Of a DNA stretch of 49,337 nucleotides, positions 38,486 to 46,008 are shown piece by piece; position 1 is the stretch's first letter; the number at the start of each line of letters is the position of its first letter. The notes under the pieces are model-generated. The model was not told the DNA's origin and ran no database searches. It saw only the letters and a program-made list of their open reading frames with translations. The DNA comes from a virus. Its lineage: Duplodnaviria; Caudoviricetes. Location: positions 1-49,337 of IMG/VR virus record IMGVR_UViG_3300012940_000006. One strand, written 5' to 3'. The translations under genes were made by a program, and so were the position numbers.

Positions 38486-38861
38486 GGGTCTGCTCCTTGT
38501 GGGTGGTGAGGATGTGCTGAAGGATGCGGGTGTCGATGTTGGCGATGGCGTCGTTGAGGGAGCGGCCGAGCGGGCCGGCGAACTCCCAGTCGTAGGTCGG
38601 GATCTTGAAGTCGGTGGCGATGGCTTTGAGGCTGTCGATCTTGGTCTCGATGGATCGGCGCTGGGTGAGGAGCCGGTTGAGGATGGTGTCCTGGGCAGGG
38701 GTGGTGATCTGGCTGATAAGGCGGGTGAGTTGATCTTCTTCGATAGCGATGACGGCCTTGGCTCCGGGGACCCAGACTTCAACGGCGATTCGGCCGTCGC
38801 CTCGTTGGTCGAGGACGAGGGTCCCTTCGTTGGCCTGGTCGTAATAGCTGACGGACTTCAT
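38472..38861 (-). CDS. Hypothetical protein
   Basis: 129 aa from AAGGAGTCACCC-ATG. Confidence 0.7.
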   Translation of the reverse strand: MKSVSYYDQANEGTLVLDQRGDGRIAVEVWVPGAKAVIAIEEDQLTRLISQITTPAQDTILNRLLTQRRSIETKIDSLKAIATDFKIPTYDWEFAGPLGRSLNDAIANIDTRILQHILTTHKEQTHDAR

Positions 38862-38886
38862 GGGTGACTCCTTGGCTATACTGCCT

Positions 38887-38902
38887 GTATTCGGCCGAAT
38901 AC
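38887..38902. promoter_or_regulatory. Perfect 16-bp palindrome (candidate operator) between divergent genes
   Basis: GTATTCGGCCGAATAC, just downstream of a TATACT -10-like hexamer (38877-38882). Confidence 0.55.
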
Positions 38903-38916
38903 GGCGGGGGGCAGGC

Positions 38917-39444
38917 ATGAAAGTGACAACGGTAAAAGCCGCGGAACTGCTGGGCGTCAGTCGAGATACGGCCTTACGTTGGGCGAAATCCGGCAAGTGG
39001 ACGGACGCACGGGTGTTGAGTGCGGAACAGGTGGACTATGGGGATCGGAAGATCTGGATGCTGGAGCTGGACATCCCCGACGATCCTGATGCTCCTCGGG
39101 ATGGAACAAGCGATGAGCCTCAATCTGTCGGGATAGGTGGGTTCACGCACCTGGATGACGGGGATGTGGCAGCTTCAGATGATGCGGATTACATGGGGTC
39201 CTCCTCTCCGGTATCTGATCAGGAAGTCCAACTGGCCGTGCTGGAAGCGCGGATTGAAGGGCTGGAACGACTTCTGGATCAGGTGATGGGTGAACGAGAT
39301 ATGCTGCGGCAGCAGATGTTCGAGGCGCAGAACGCGGCACGCGAACTGCGCTTTCTGTTGCAGCGGCGCGACGATAGGCTGTTGTTGGAGGCCTCCGTCA
39401 GTGAGCCGCGCAAGTCGTGGTGGTCACGCTTGCTTGGCCGGTAG
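38917..39444 (+). CDS. HTH + coiled-coil + C-terminal amphipathic helix protein (pSK1 Par/RacA-like architecture)
   Basis: KAAELLGVSRDTALRWAKSG; heptads QLAVLEARIEGLERLL...; ends RKSWWSRLLGR. Confidence 0.75.
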   Translation: MKVTTVKAAELLGVSRDTALRWAKSGKWTDARVLSAEQVDYGDRKIWMLELDIPDDPDAPRDGTSDEPQSVGIGGFTHLDDGDVAASDDADYMGSSSPVSDQEVQLAVLEARIEGLERLLDQVMGERDMLRQQMFEAQNAARELRFLLQRRDDRLLLEASVSEPRKSWWSRLLGR

Positions 39445-39478
39445 CTGAGCGGCGGCGGTCGGGATGATGATCCTGATA

Positions 39479-39492
39479 AGAACATGTGTTCT
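39479..39492. promoter_or_regulatory. LexA (Cheo-type SOS) box
   Basis: AGAAC-ATGT-GTTCT in an AT-rich intergenic gap; matches GAAC-N4-GTTC. Confidence 0.7.
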
Positions 39493-39518
39493 ACCTTTAC
39501 GAACGCATTGAGTGAGCA

Positions 39519-39758
39519 CTACGTAGACAGGTCGAGATCGAGCATGGGTTCATCGACGCGGGTGAGGGAAACGCGTACGTTCGGATCGACAAGGAGCAAT
39601 CCGTCTGATAGGCGTCCGGAGACGGTGCGACCGCTGTCTTGAAACTCGTGTTTGAGGTCGCGCAGTTCTTTGAGGGCGTCTCCTTTCGTGATGTGCAGAG
39701 ATTGGTAATCGGGCAGACAGCCGGGGACGTAGATCTCGATCAGCCAGTGGTGGGTCAC
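39519..39758 (-). CDS. Hypothetical protein
   Basis: 79 aa, GTGA overlap, RBS AGGA. Confidence 0.6.
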   Translation of the reverse strand: MTHHWLIEIYVPGCLPDYQSLHITKGDALKELRDLKHEFQDSGRTVSGRLSDGLLLVDPNVRVSLTRVDEPMLDLDLST

Positions 39759-39982
39759 AATCCTGCTCCTTCGAGGCGCTTGAGCTCGGCGGCATCGAGG
39801 GCGAGGAGCATGCGGTGGCCGAGGTGCTGGGCGAGGCTGTCCTGGGCGTTTTCGAGGTTCTTGATGGCCTCACGGATGTGGCGGGATTCGTGGGTGAGGG
39901 CTTCGAGCTGGTTGGTGATGCCGACAAGGGCCTTGAGTTGCTGGAAGTCGTCGATGTCGATCTTGGTAAGGGTGATGTTCAT
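39755..39982 (-). CDS. Hypothetical coiled-coil protein
   Basis: 75 aa, RBS AGGAG. Confidence 0.65.
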   Translation of the reverse strand: MNITLTKIDIDDFQQLKALVGITNQLEALTHESRHIREAIKNLENAQDSLAQHLGHRMLLALDAAELKRLEGAGL

Positions 39983-39991
39983 TGAGTTCTC

Positions 39992-40261
39992 CTAGACGGT
40001 GGTGAAGCGGTCGGGGTCGGTTTCTTCGTCTTCGTGCCAGCCGAATTCGACTTCCCAGATGAGGTCGAGGGTGCGGCTGTCGGTGATGGGGTTCATGCAG
40101 GCGTTGCACCGGTAGCCGAGCCATTCGTCGATGTATTCATCTCCGTGTTCGATGCCGTGAGGGGTGAAGGTGATGAGGGTGATGGTCTTCTCGTAATTGA
40201 GGAGGTTGTTATTGGCGAGGTTCTCGGTGCAGTGTGGGCAGGGGATGAGCGGGATGTTCAT
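39992..40261 (-). CDS. Zinc-ribbon protein
   Basis: 89 aa; CPHC...CNAC; RBS GGAGG, ATGA overlap. Confidence 0.7.
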   Translation of the reverse strand: MNIPLIPCPHCTENLANNNLLNYEKTITLITFTPHGIEHGDEYIDEWLGYRCNACMNPITDSRTLDLIWEVEFGWHEDEETDPDRFTTV

Positions 40262-40578
40262 GCGGTGACCTCCAGTGGTTCGGTGGTGACGTCGTAGAAC
40301 GAAACCCAGGTTTCTTCGAGGTAGGTGTTGTAGCGGTAGGCGTTTTGTCTCATCTTGTAGACGGGGTCGCTGTATTGCTGGCGCTTCTGGAAGCACCAGC
40401 CGATCTTGCGTGGGGTGCCGTCGGGGTCGTCGATGTAGACGGCGCTGATGCAGCGGCCGAGCTCGCGTTGGAGCTGTCTAAAGGTCGGAATCTCTTCTCG
40501 GCTGGCGAACGTCTCGGTGAAGCTATCGAAGACGTGCCCCTTGTCTGCATTGATGCGTGCGATGTTCATGTGGATCAT
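40258..40578 (-). CDS. Hypothetical phage protein
   Basis: 106 aa; GRCISAVYID...KIGWCFQKR. Confidence 0.7.
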   Translation of the reverse strand: MIHMNIARINADKGHVFDSFTETFASREEIPTFRQLQRELGRCISAVYIDDPDGTPRKIGWCFQKRQQYSDPVYKMRQNAYRYNTYLEETWVSFYDVTTEPLEVTA

Positions 40579-40589
40579 GGGGCGGACTC

Positions 40590-41015
40590 CTAGACCCCAA
40601 CGAACTCGTAGTCGGGCTCGTTGGGGTCGATGATCTTTTCCAGAACGTCGGCGATGTCGTTGAAGCTGTAGCCGAAGTGGTCGTTGAGCTGGCTGAGGGA
40701 TACGACCACTTGGTAGTTGTTTCCCTCAAGGTCGGGGATGCGGATGTTGCCGAGGCTGCTGACACCGCCGAGGAACGCGGTCATTGCGTAGGGGAGGGTG
40801 CTGATGTTGAGGGATGCTCCGTAGCCGTAGGCGTTGTGGTCGGCGTCGATCTCGGGTTCGTTGAGTACGCCTTCCTGGACGGCGAGCTGGCAGGCGACGC
40901 CGAGGCAGCAGTAGTAGTTGTTTCTGTCGCGGAGGAAGCCTGATGACTGCTTGTACTTGCCGGAGCGGAGGGCGGGAATCCAGGTGTTACGGATGAACTC
41001 GGTGTTGATCGTCAT
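40590..41015 (-). CDS. Conserved phage hypothetical protein (WxxALRSGxYxQ...CCLGVxC...LND family)
   Basis: 141 aa from ATG 41015; motif pattern common in phage early regions. Confidence 0.8.
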   Translation of the reverse strand: MTINTEFIRNTWIPALRSGKYKQSSGFLRDRNNYYCCLGVACQLAVQEGVLNEPEIDADHNAYGYGASLNISTLPYAMTAFLGGVSSLGNIRIPDLEGNNYQVVVSLSQLNDHFGYSFNDIADVLEKIIDPNEPDYEFVGV

Positions 41016-41263
41016 GTGGGTGACTCCTCTCTCGGTAGGACGGTGACGATGGATTTGGTTGAGCTGCTGTAGATGACGCGAAGCGGTTGTCCGTGGTGGG
41101 TGACGATCCACTCGGAGCGGGTGTTGGAATGTTTGGCGAGGAATCGGGCGCGTTGGGCGCGGATCTGGGCGGCGAGGGCACCCAGATCCTTCCCGGTGAG
41201 GGTGAGGCCATACCGCTGCTTCGCGCGATGACGGGCGTGTTCGCGGTAGATGTTGGCTTTCAC
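41012..41263 (-). CDS. Small basic protein, DUF4258/RelE-like RNase pattern
   Basis: EHARHRAKQRYG...LRVIYS...IVTVLP. Confidence 0.6.
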   Translation of the reverse strand: MKANIYREHARHRAKQRYGLTLTGKDLGALAAQIRAQRARFLAKHSNTRSEWIVTHHGQPLRVIYSSSTKSIVTVLPREESPT

Positions 41264-41631
41264 TCGTCGTTGTCTTCCTCGGACTCGTCTGGCTGGTCTT
41301 CCTGGAACTCCTGATCTGGATCGTCGAGGATGTTGTTGGCTTCGAGCTCCCAGGCGAGCCAGACGAGGCGGCCGCGGAGGTCGTCGAGGTTGTGGATGGG
41401 GTTGGTGGTGTCGGCGATGAACTCAAAGGGGTTCTCGCCGGTGTATTCCTGGATGATGTCGAGGATCTCGTCTTCGTGGTCGTCGTAGATCCTGTTGAGC
41501 TCGGCGGTATAGATGGGGCCGGTTCCGTTGGCACAGCCGTAGTTGACGACGTCTTCGAGGTAGATGCGGGTGGGGTAGTCGTCGGGGGTTTCGGTATAGC
41601 GGTCGATGATGAGGTCGCGGAATGTGGTCAT
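41260..41631 (-). CDS. Highly acidic Ocr-like/DUF7222-like protein (DNA-mimic candidate)
   Basis: 123 aa, about 35 D/E, 6 R and no K; YGCANG..PIYTAE...YDDHEDEI. Confidence 0.65.
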   Translation of the reverse strand: MTTFRDLIIDRYTETPDDYPTRIYLEDVVNYGCANGTGPIYTAELNRIYDDHEDEILDIIQEYTGENPFEFIADTTNPIHNLDDLRGRLVWLAWELEANNILDDPDQEFQEDQPDESEEDNDE

Positions 41632-41721
41632 GGGTGACTCCTGTTTGTCAGCTTTTGTCGCGTTCCGTGGGCTGGGAACGGGGCGATGGGGTGTGGTGCT
41701 GAGGCCTCCTTTCTTCGTAAA

Positions 41722-41736
41722 TTCCGCGGAGCGGTA
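41722..41736 (-). promoter_or_regulatory. GC-GGA-GC triloop hairpin on the + (template) strand; candidate early promoter 2
   Basis: TTCCGC-GGA-GCGGTA; 13/13 identical to 43931-43943; next to hairpin 41738-41769. Confidence 0.5.
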
Positions 41737-41796
41737 AGGGTTTTCGGGGAGTTGGGCCTCCCCGAACCCGGTGATCTCCTTCAAGTATGGGCAGCG

Positions 41797-42051
41797 CTAA
41801 TCGGGGTCGATGGGGAGGGCGAAGACGCCCTTCTTGAAGAGGCGTGCGAAGAGCTGCATTTCGACTTGGGCTGGGTGACGGTTGTTGTTGTAGAGATAGG
41901 CGTTGTAGCGGGCAGCGGCTTCGGTGTCGCCGGCGACGACGATCCAGTCGTCGCCGTAGGTGTCGGCGAGGATGTGGCCGTTGGCGTCGCGCGGGAGGGC
42001 GTCGGGGCTGTAGGGGCGGATGTCGCCTTGGTCAACGATCCAGTTCTGCAT
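41797..42051 (-). CDS. Hypothetical protein
   Basis: 84 aa, RBS AAGGAGG, TAATG coupling. Confidence 0.7.
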   Translation of the reverse strand: MQNWIVDQGDIRPYSPDALPRDANGHILADTYGDDWIVVAGDTEAAARYNAYLYNNNRHPAQVEMQLFARLFKKGVFALPIDPD

Positions 42052-42275
42052 TAGGAGAGGTCCTCCTTGTGTGCGTGTGCGATGAGGTGTTGGGTGCGTT
42101 CGGTCTTGGTCATGGTTAGGAGTCGATCTCGTTCGGCGATGGCGTCCTTTCTGGTGTCGTAGGGGTCTCCGATGTGGCCGTAGGTGCTGCTGTAGATCCA
42201 CCATCCGAGGTCGCCTTCGTTGATGACTCGGAGGTCGGGACCGGGGATGCCGTTGATGGTGTCGTGGTGAGTCAT
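42051..42275 (-). CDS. Hypothetical protein
   Basis: 74 aa, RBS AAGGAGG. Confidence 0.7.
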   Translation of the reverse strand: MTHHDTINGIPGPDLRVINEGDLGWWIYSSTYGHIGDPYDTRKDAIAERDRLLTMTKTERTQHLIAHAHKEDLS

Positions 42276-42348
42276 GGGGCCTCCTTGTGGGTGTGAGGTG
42301 GGGTGCTGTGGACTGGCGCGGGGCGCGCGGGTTTCACGAACAAGAGCC

Positions 42349-42386
42349 AAAAAAGGGGGGAGCTGAGCCTTGCGGCCCAGCTCCCC
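42349..42386 (-). terminator. Intrinsic terminator
   Basis: GGGGAGCTGGGCC-GCAA-GGCTCAGCTCCCC-CC-TTTTTT on the - strand. Confidence 0.88.
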
Positions 42387-42392
42387 TGACGA

Positions 42393-43841
42393 TTAGTTCC
42401 CCTGGTAGTAGCTCTGCATGACCTGGTGGTCTCGCGCGGTGGGGGTGGCGCGTGCTTGGAGCTTGATGATGCGTCGAGCCTTGCGAGCGAGGGTTCGCAG
42501 GCCGCAGGTCTCGGCGAGGTAGGATTCGACTTCCTCCATGTAGTGCGAGCCGGAGAGCTCGTCGTGCCAGTACGCGAGTGCGAAGGCCTTGAAGATGAGG
42601 CCTTGCATGGTGCCTTCGGTGTGCTCGTAGTCGAGCTGGAGGAGATCCTTGCCCTCGAAGGCGACGGCGAAGAGGTGGGTGATGCTGAAGGTGAGTTCGC
42701 CCTGCTGCTCCTTTCGTGTGCGGAAGATGCTGAAGAAGACATCGAGTGGGGCTTCCAGTCGCATCCGGAGGCCGTGCTTGATGGCGTCGTCGGGTGATGC
42801 GGCGGTGACCTTATCGAGGAAGCGTGGGCCGTGCTGGCGGGCGCGTCCGCGGAAGTTCAGGTCCCAGCCGATGGGATGAAATGGCTCGCGGGTGGTGGCG
42901 ATACGGTTGCCTTCGGCATCGACGGCGACGAGCTCGGTCTGATCGAATGCGGTGATGTCGAGGATGTCGCGGTTGCTGTTGCCGCGCTCGCTTGGGTCGT
43001 CGTGGAGGGTGTCGTTGGTGTTGTTGGCGATCCAGCCGCGGGCGACCCACTCGAACTCGCTGAAGTCGGGCTTCTCGGGGAGGTCGTGAGCAACCTTCCA
43101 GTAGACGTAGTGGGAGTAGGCCTTGAGGGCGTTGATGGTTGGTTCGATGTCCTCGGCGATGTAGTCGTCGCGGTGGCGGCGGAAGTGCCAGATGAGGGCG
43201 TGGTAGGTCTGGAGCTCGTAGGCGAGCTCGCGGTAGCCGCGGACGTTGCGATCTCCTTCTTCCTCCCATTCCTGCCAGGCGCGGAGGTTGCCGGTGTCGT
43301 CATGGTTGGCTTCGACTTCGACGTCGATGTAGTCGATGGCGGGTGCGAAGCGGTGGGCCTGGAAGACGGCCTTGCGGCGCTGACGAACGGTGTAGTTGCC
43401 CTTGCTGCCAACGTCGTAGTGGAAGGGATCGAGCCAGGTCATGCGCTCGGCGTCGTCGGCGATGGTGTGGAAACCCTCCCAGTTCATCTCGATGTAGGGA
43501 GCGCGCTCGGGTCCGAGGTGCTTGGCCTTGAGGTCGGAGAGCTTGGGGAGGACGTAGCGCTCCATGCCGCGGGTGGCGCGGTACTGATCGACGCGCTTCT
43601 GGGCGGCAAGGTAGAGCTGACGGGCGCGATCGTCGCCGTACCATGAGCGGGCGTACTCGATGGCATGGAGGCATTTGACGTAGTTGTGATCGCTCTGGTT
43701 GGTGGAATAGTCGTTTATGGCAAAGAAGATGCGCTTGACGACATCCTCTGGCGAGTAGTAGGGCTTCTGCTCGGGGCTGGTGCGTCGCTTGGAGATCTCG
43801 GGACGATAATCACGCTTGACAACTGGGGTAGCAAGAGCCAT
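42393..43841 (-). CDS. Large hypothetical early protein (482 aa)
   Basis: ATG 43841 after GAAAGG; ordinary globular composition; no family recognised. Confidence 0.8.
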   Translation of the reverse strand: MALATPVVKRDYRPEISKRRTSPEQKPYYSPEDVVKRIFFAINDYSTNQSDHNYVKCLHAIEYARSWYGDDRARQLYLAAQKRVDQYRATRGMERYVLPKLSDLKAKHLGPERAPYIEMNWEGFHTIADDAERMTWLDPFHYDVGSKGNYTVRQRRKAVFQAHRFAPAIDYIDVEVEANHDDTGNLRAWQEWEEEGDRNVRGYRELAYELQTYHALIWHFRRHRDDYIAEDIEPTINALKAYSHYVYWKVAHDLPEKPDFSEFEWVARGWIANNTNDTLHDDPSERGNSNRDILDITAFDQTELVAVDAEGNRIATTREPFHPIGWDLNFRGRARQHGPRFLDKVTAASPDDAIKHGLRMRLEAPLDVFFSIFRTRKEQQGELTFSITHLFAVAFEGKDLLQLDYEHTEGTMQGLIFKAFALAYWHDELSGSHYMEEVESYLAETCGLRTLARKARRIIKLQARATPTARDHQVMQSYYQGN

Positions 43842-43930
43842 GATAGATGTGCCTTTCTCGCAGGAAGTGCCATGAGCCGGGAGTGTTGACGCACTCGCCG
43901 GCTCGATCTGTTTGAGAACGAAATCGGTTG

Positions 43931-43945
43931 TTCCGCGGAGCGGAA
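43931..43945 (-). promoter_or_regulatory. GC-GGA-GC triloop hairpin on the + (template) strand; candidate early promoter 1
   Basis: Perfect TTCCGC-GGA-GCGGAA, next to hairpin TCCCCC-GTTC-GGGGGA (43947-43962). Confidence 0.5.
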
Positions 43946-44064
43946 ATCCCCCGTTCGGGGGACCACGTATTGCGTAGGTCGAAGGGTGCATAAATGTGCT
44001 CCTGTCATGAAATGGGCGGTGCATACGGGTGTATGCGAATCTGGGTGGTGAAGGAGGTGAGCGG

Positions 44065-44583
44065 ATGATTGGAAACGCTCAGGTGGTGGAGGTGATGGAC
44101 CAGGAGGTGTTCATCCCTTCACACGGGAACGCGATTACGCCGGAGGATGCGTATCGCGCGTATATCTCGACGGGGGCGCGGAGTCTCCGTCGGACTGCTG
44201 ATCTGCTGGGGATTCCGCATGGGACGATTCTGTCCTGGAATAAGCGGTATCAGTGGCAGGCTCGGGTGCGAGCGGCCGATATTGAGAGCACGGAAGGCCT
44301 TGCGCAGATGGCCGCGGTGGCGGCGGTTGCGCAAGGCGTGAAGAGCCTGGAAGTGCTGGCTCGTATCCGTGACGATGAGGATGTGGCGCCGATGGCGCGG
44401 GTGGAGAGCGCGAAGGAACTGCTTCGGCAGTTCAATGGGATTACGGCGCTGGTGGCCGGCTCCGCGCTCACGAAGGGGGTGCAGGACGATCTGGGTGACG
44501 CGGAGCTGGAGGAGCTGGCGTCGAATCCGGATGGGGTGCAGAAGCTGCTGGAGATGCAGCGTCAGCTGACGGGTCGGGGTTAG
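44065..44583 (+). CDS. terS: Probable terminase small subunit (HTH)
   Basis: RBS AAGGAGGTGA; RSLRRTADLLGIPHGTILSWNKRYQWQAR; ARVESAKELL; DLGDAELEEL tail. Confidence 0.7.
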   Translation: MIGNAQVVEVMDQEVFIPSHGNAITPEDAYRAYISTGARSLRRTADLLGIPHGTILSWNKRYQWQARVRAADIESTEGLAQMAAVAAVAQGVKSLEVLARIRDDEDVAPMARVESAKELLRQFNGITALVAGSALTKGVQDDLGDAELEELASNPDGVQKLLEMQRQLTGRG

Positions 44584-44825
44584 TCTTCGACGATCATGTC
44601 CTCTCGCCAACCGATGATGTAGACATCAGTGCGGTCGGTGGTGAAGTCGGGCTGACCGCCGTGGATGGCTGGTCCCTCGCCGCGTGCGTAGATCTTGAGT
44701 GTGGGGGTGTATCCCGGTCGCGCGTTCATCTCGGGGATCGGGTCGGCCATGTCGATCAGGTCCTCGGTGAACATGAGGTCGGGATCACTCAGCAGGATGA
44801 TGGTGGGATCGTATGTGCTAGCCAT
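44580..44825 (-). CDS. Hypothetical acidic protein (antitoxin-like partner?)
   Basis: 81 aa, RBS AAGGAG, overlaps the upstream gene by 8 nt. Confidence 0.55.
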   Translation of the reverse strand: MASTYDPTIILLSDPDLMFTEDLIDMADPIPEMNARPGYTPTLKIYARGEGPAIHGGQPDFTTDRTDVYIIGWREDMIVED

Positions 44826-45153
44826 GCTGCTGCTCCTTGAAGCGTGCGATGTGGACTGCGTAGTTCAGCTTGAGGGTGTCGATCGCGTTCTTCATCGCGA
44901 CGTTGTAGGGATACCGCAGGTTGAGCCACACCTTGTTGTATTGTCTCCCTTGGGGGTTGATGTAGTCAACGTGTGCCTCGCCGTGGGCGGTATCGTAGCG
45001 GACGACGGGGAGCCATTTGTCCTGGCTGGAGTCATAGAACTCCAGCTGGACGGTGAAGCGGGTGACGATGTTACGATCACGCCAGCTACGGACACGGATG
45101 ACGACACCGTATTCGAGCGAGATGTCGTAAGTTCGGATGTCGATGGGTGGCAC
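44818..45153 (-). CDS. DUF7718/TumE-like protein (RYDxAHGxxH)
   Basis: FTVQLE...WLPVVRYDTAHGEAHVD; RBS AAAGGAG. Confidence 0.7.
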   Translation of the reverse strand: MPPIDIRTYDISLEYGVVIRVRSWRDRNIVTRFTVQLEFYDSSQDKWLPVVRYDTAHGEAHVDYINPQGRQYNKVWLNLRYPYNVAMKNAIDTLKLNYAVHIARFKEQQHG

Positions 45154-45177
45154 GGGGTCTCCTTTCGGGGCGAGAGT

Positions 45178-45510
45178 CTAGCGGCTGCGTAATGCAGCCG
45201 CTCGTGCGCGGATCTGGTCGTCACTGAGCTTCTCCAGGGCCGCGTTGATCACGTCTCCGTGACATGCGTGGCCTGCTCCGCTCAGCGTACGACACCAGCA
45301 GACGACGGTCTGGCCTCGGAGCGTTGGAAGCGCTTCGAGTGCCTCGGGTGTATCCCAGAGCCAGCGCCGATACCGTGCGAGTGACTCCTCAAGCGTGTAG
45401 CGCTTGAGATTGAACGGGTTGCCGAGTACGGAACCCTGACGGCCGGGCATCGCACGACCGATGTAGATGCCACGGTCGTGCTTGACGTGGCCGACATGTA
45501 CTCCTTGCAT
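45178..45510 (-). CDS. DUF4326 domain protein
   Basis: IYIGR...LGNPF...YRRWL...LRGQTVVCWC...CHGDVI. Confidence 0.92.
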   Translation of the reverse strand: MQGVHVGHVKHDRGIYIGRAMPGRQGSVLGNPFNLKRYTLEESLARYRRWLWDTPEALEALPTLRGQTVVCWCRTLSGAGHACHGDVINAALEKLSDDQIRARAAALRSR

Positions 45511-45564
45511 GTGTGATGTCCTTTCGTGTGGGGTGAGAGGGGCGTTTTGCGCCCCTCGGTGTGG

Positions 45565-45900
45565 CTAGAACGGAACGTTGTCGTCGCTGAAGTGCTGCGC
45601 GGTCTCCTCGGTGTAGATGAGCTCGGCAGGCATGGGGTGGTGAACGGTGAGCTGGCGTACCTGGTGTTCGGCCAGATAGAAGCGATAGCACTGACTGTCG
45701 TAGGCGTTGGCGACTTCGTAGAGCTCATCGCTGAGGATCTCGGCGATCTGGCGACTGTGGTGGTCGGCGGCGTTGATCCAGTGCTGGTTGGTGATGCGGT
45801 TGAGAGCTCCTTCCAGGTTCGCGTATGCGGTCATCGCAGCGCGTTCTGTGGCGGCCTTGGCCGCGGCGAGATGGTAGGCGTAGAGCGTGGTATGGTTCAT
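45565..45900 (-). CDS. Hypothetical protein (cassette gene)
   Basis: 111 aa, AGGAGGACACC-ATG; ends DDNVPF, like an SSB C-terminal tail. Confidence 0.75.
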   Translation of the reverse strand: MNHTTLYAYHLAAAKAATERAAMTAYANLEGALNRITNQHWINAADHHSRQIAEILSDELYEVANAYDSQCYRFYLAEHQVRQLTVHHPMPAELIYTEETAQHFSDDNVPF

Positions 45901-45941
45901 GGTGTCCTCCTACAGACACATGGGCGTATGCCCTGGGCGAG

Positions 45942-45998
45942 GCGGTCAAGAGCGGCCGCAACGCCGATAGGGAGATGGGAGGGGTGGCAGCCCCTCCC
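45942..45998 (-). repeat. Intergenic cassette element, copy A
   Basis: + strand GCGGTC-AAGAGC-GGCCGC-AACGCCGATAGGG, then a GC hairpin. Confidence 0.85.
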
Positions 45999-46008
45999 TC
46001 TCTCGTTC

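Noticed and set aside
43833-43838. GCTCTT at the start of the 482-aa gene as another cassette element
   Set aside because: It is codons 2-3 (Ala-Leu) and lacks the stem and the conserved 5' block
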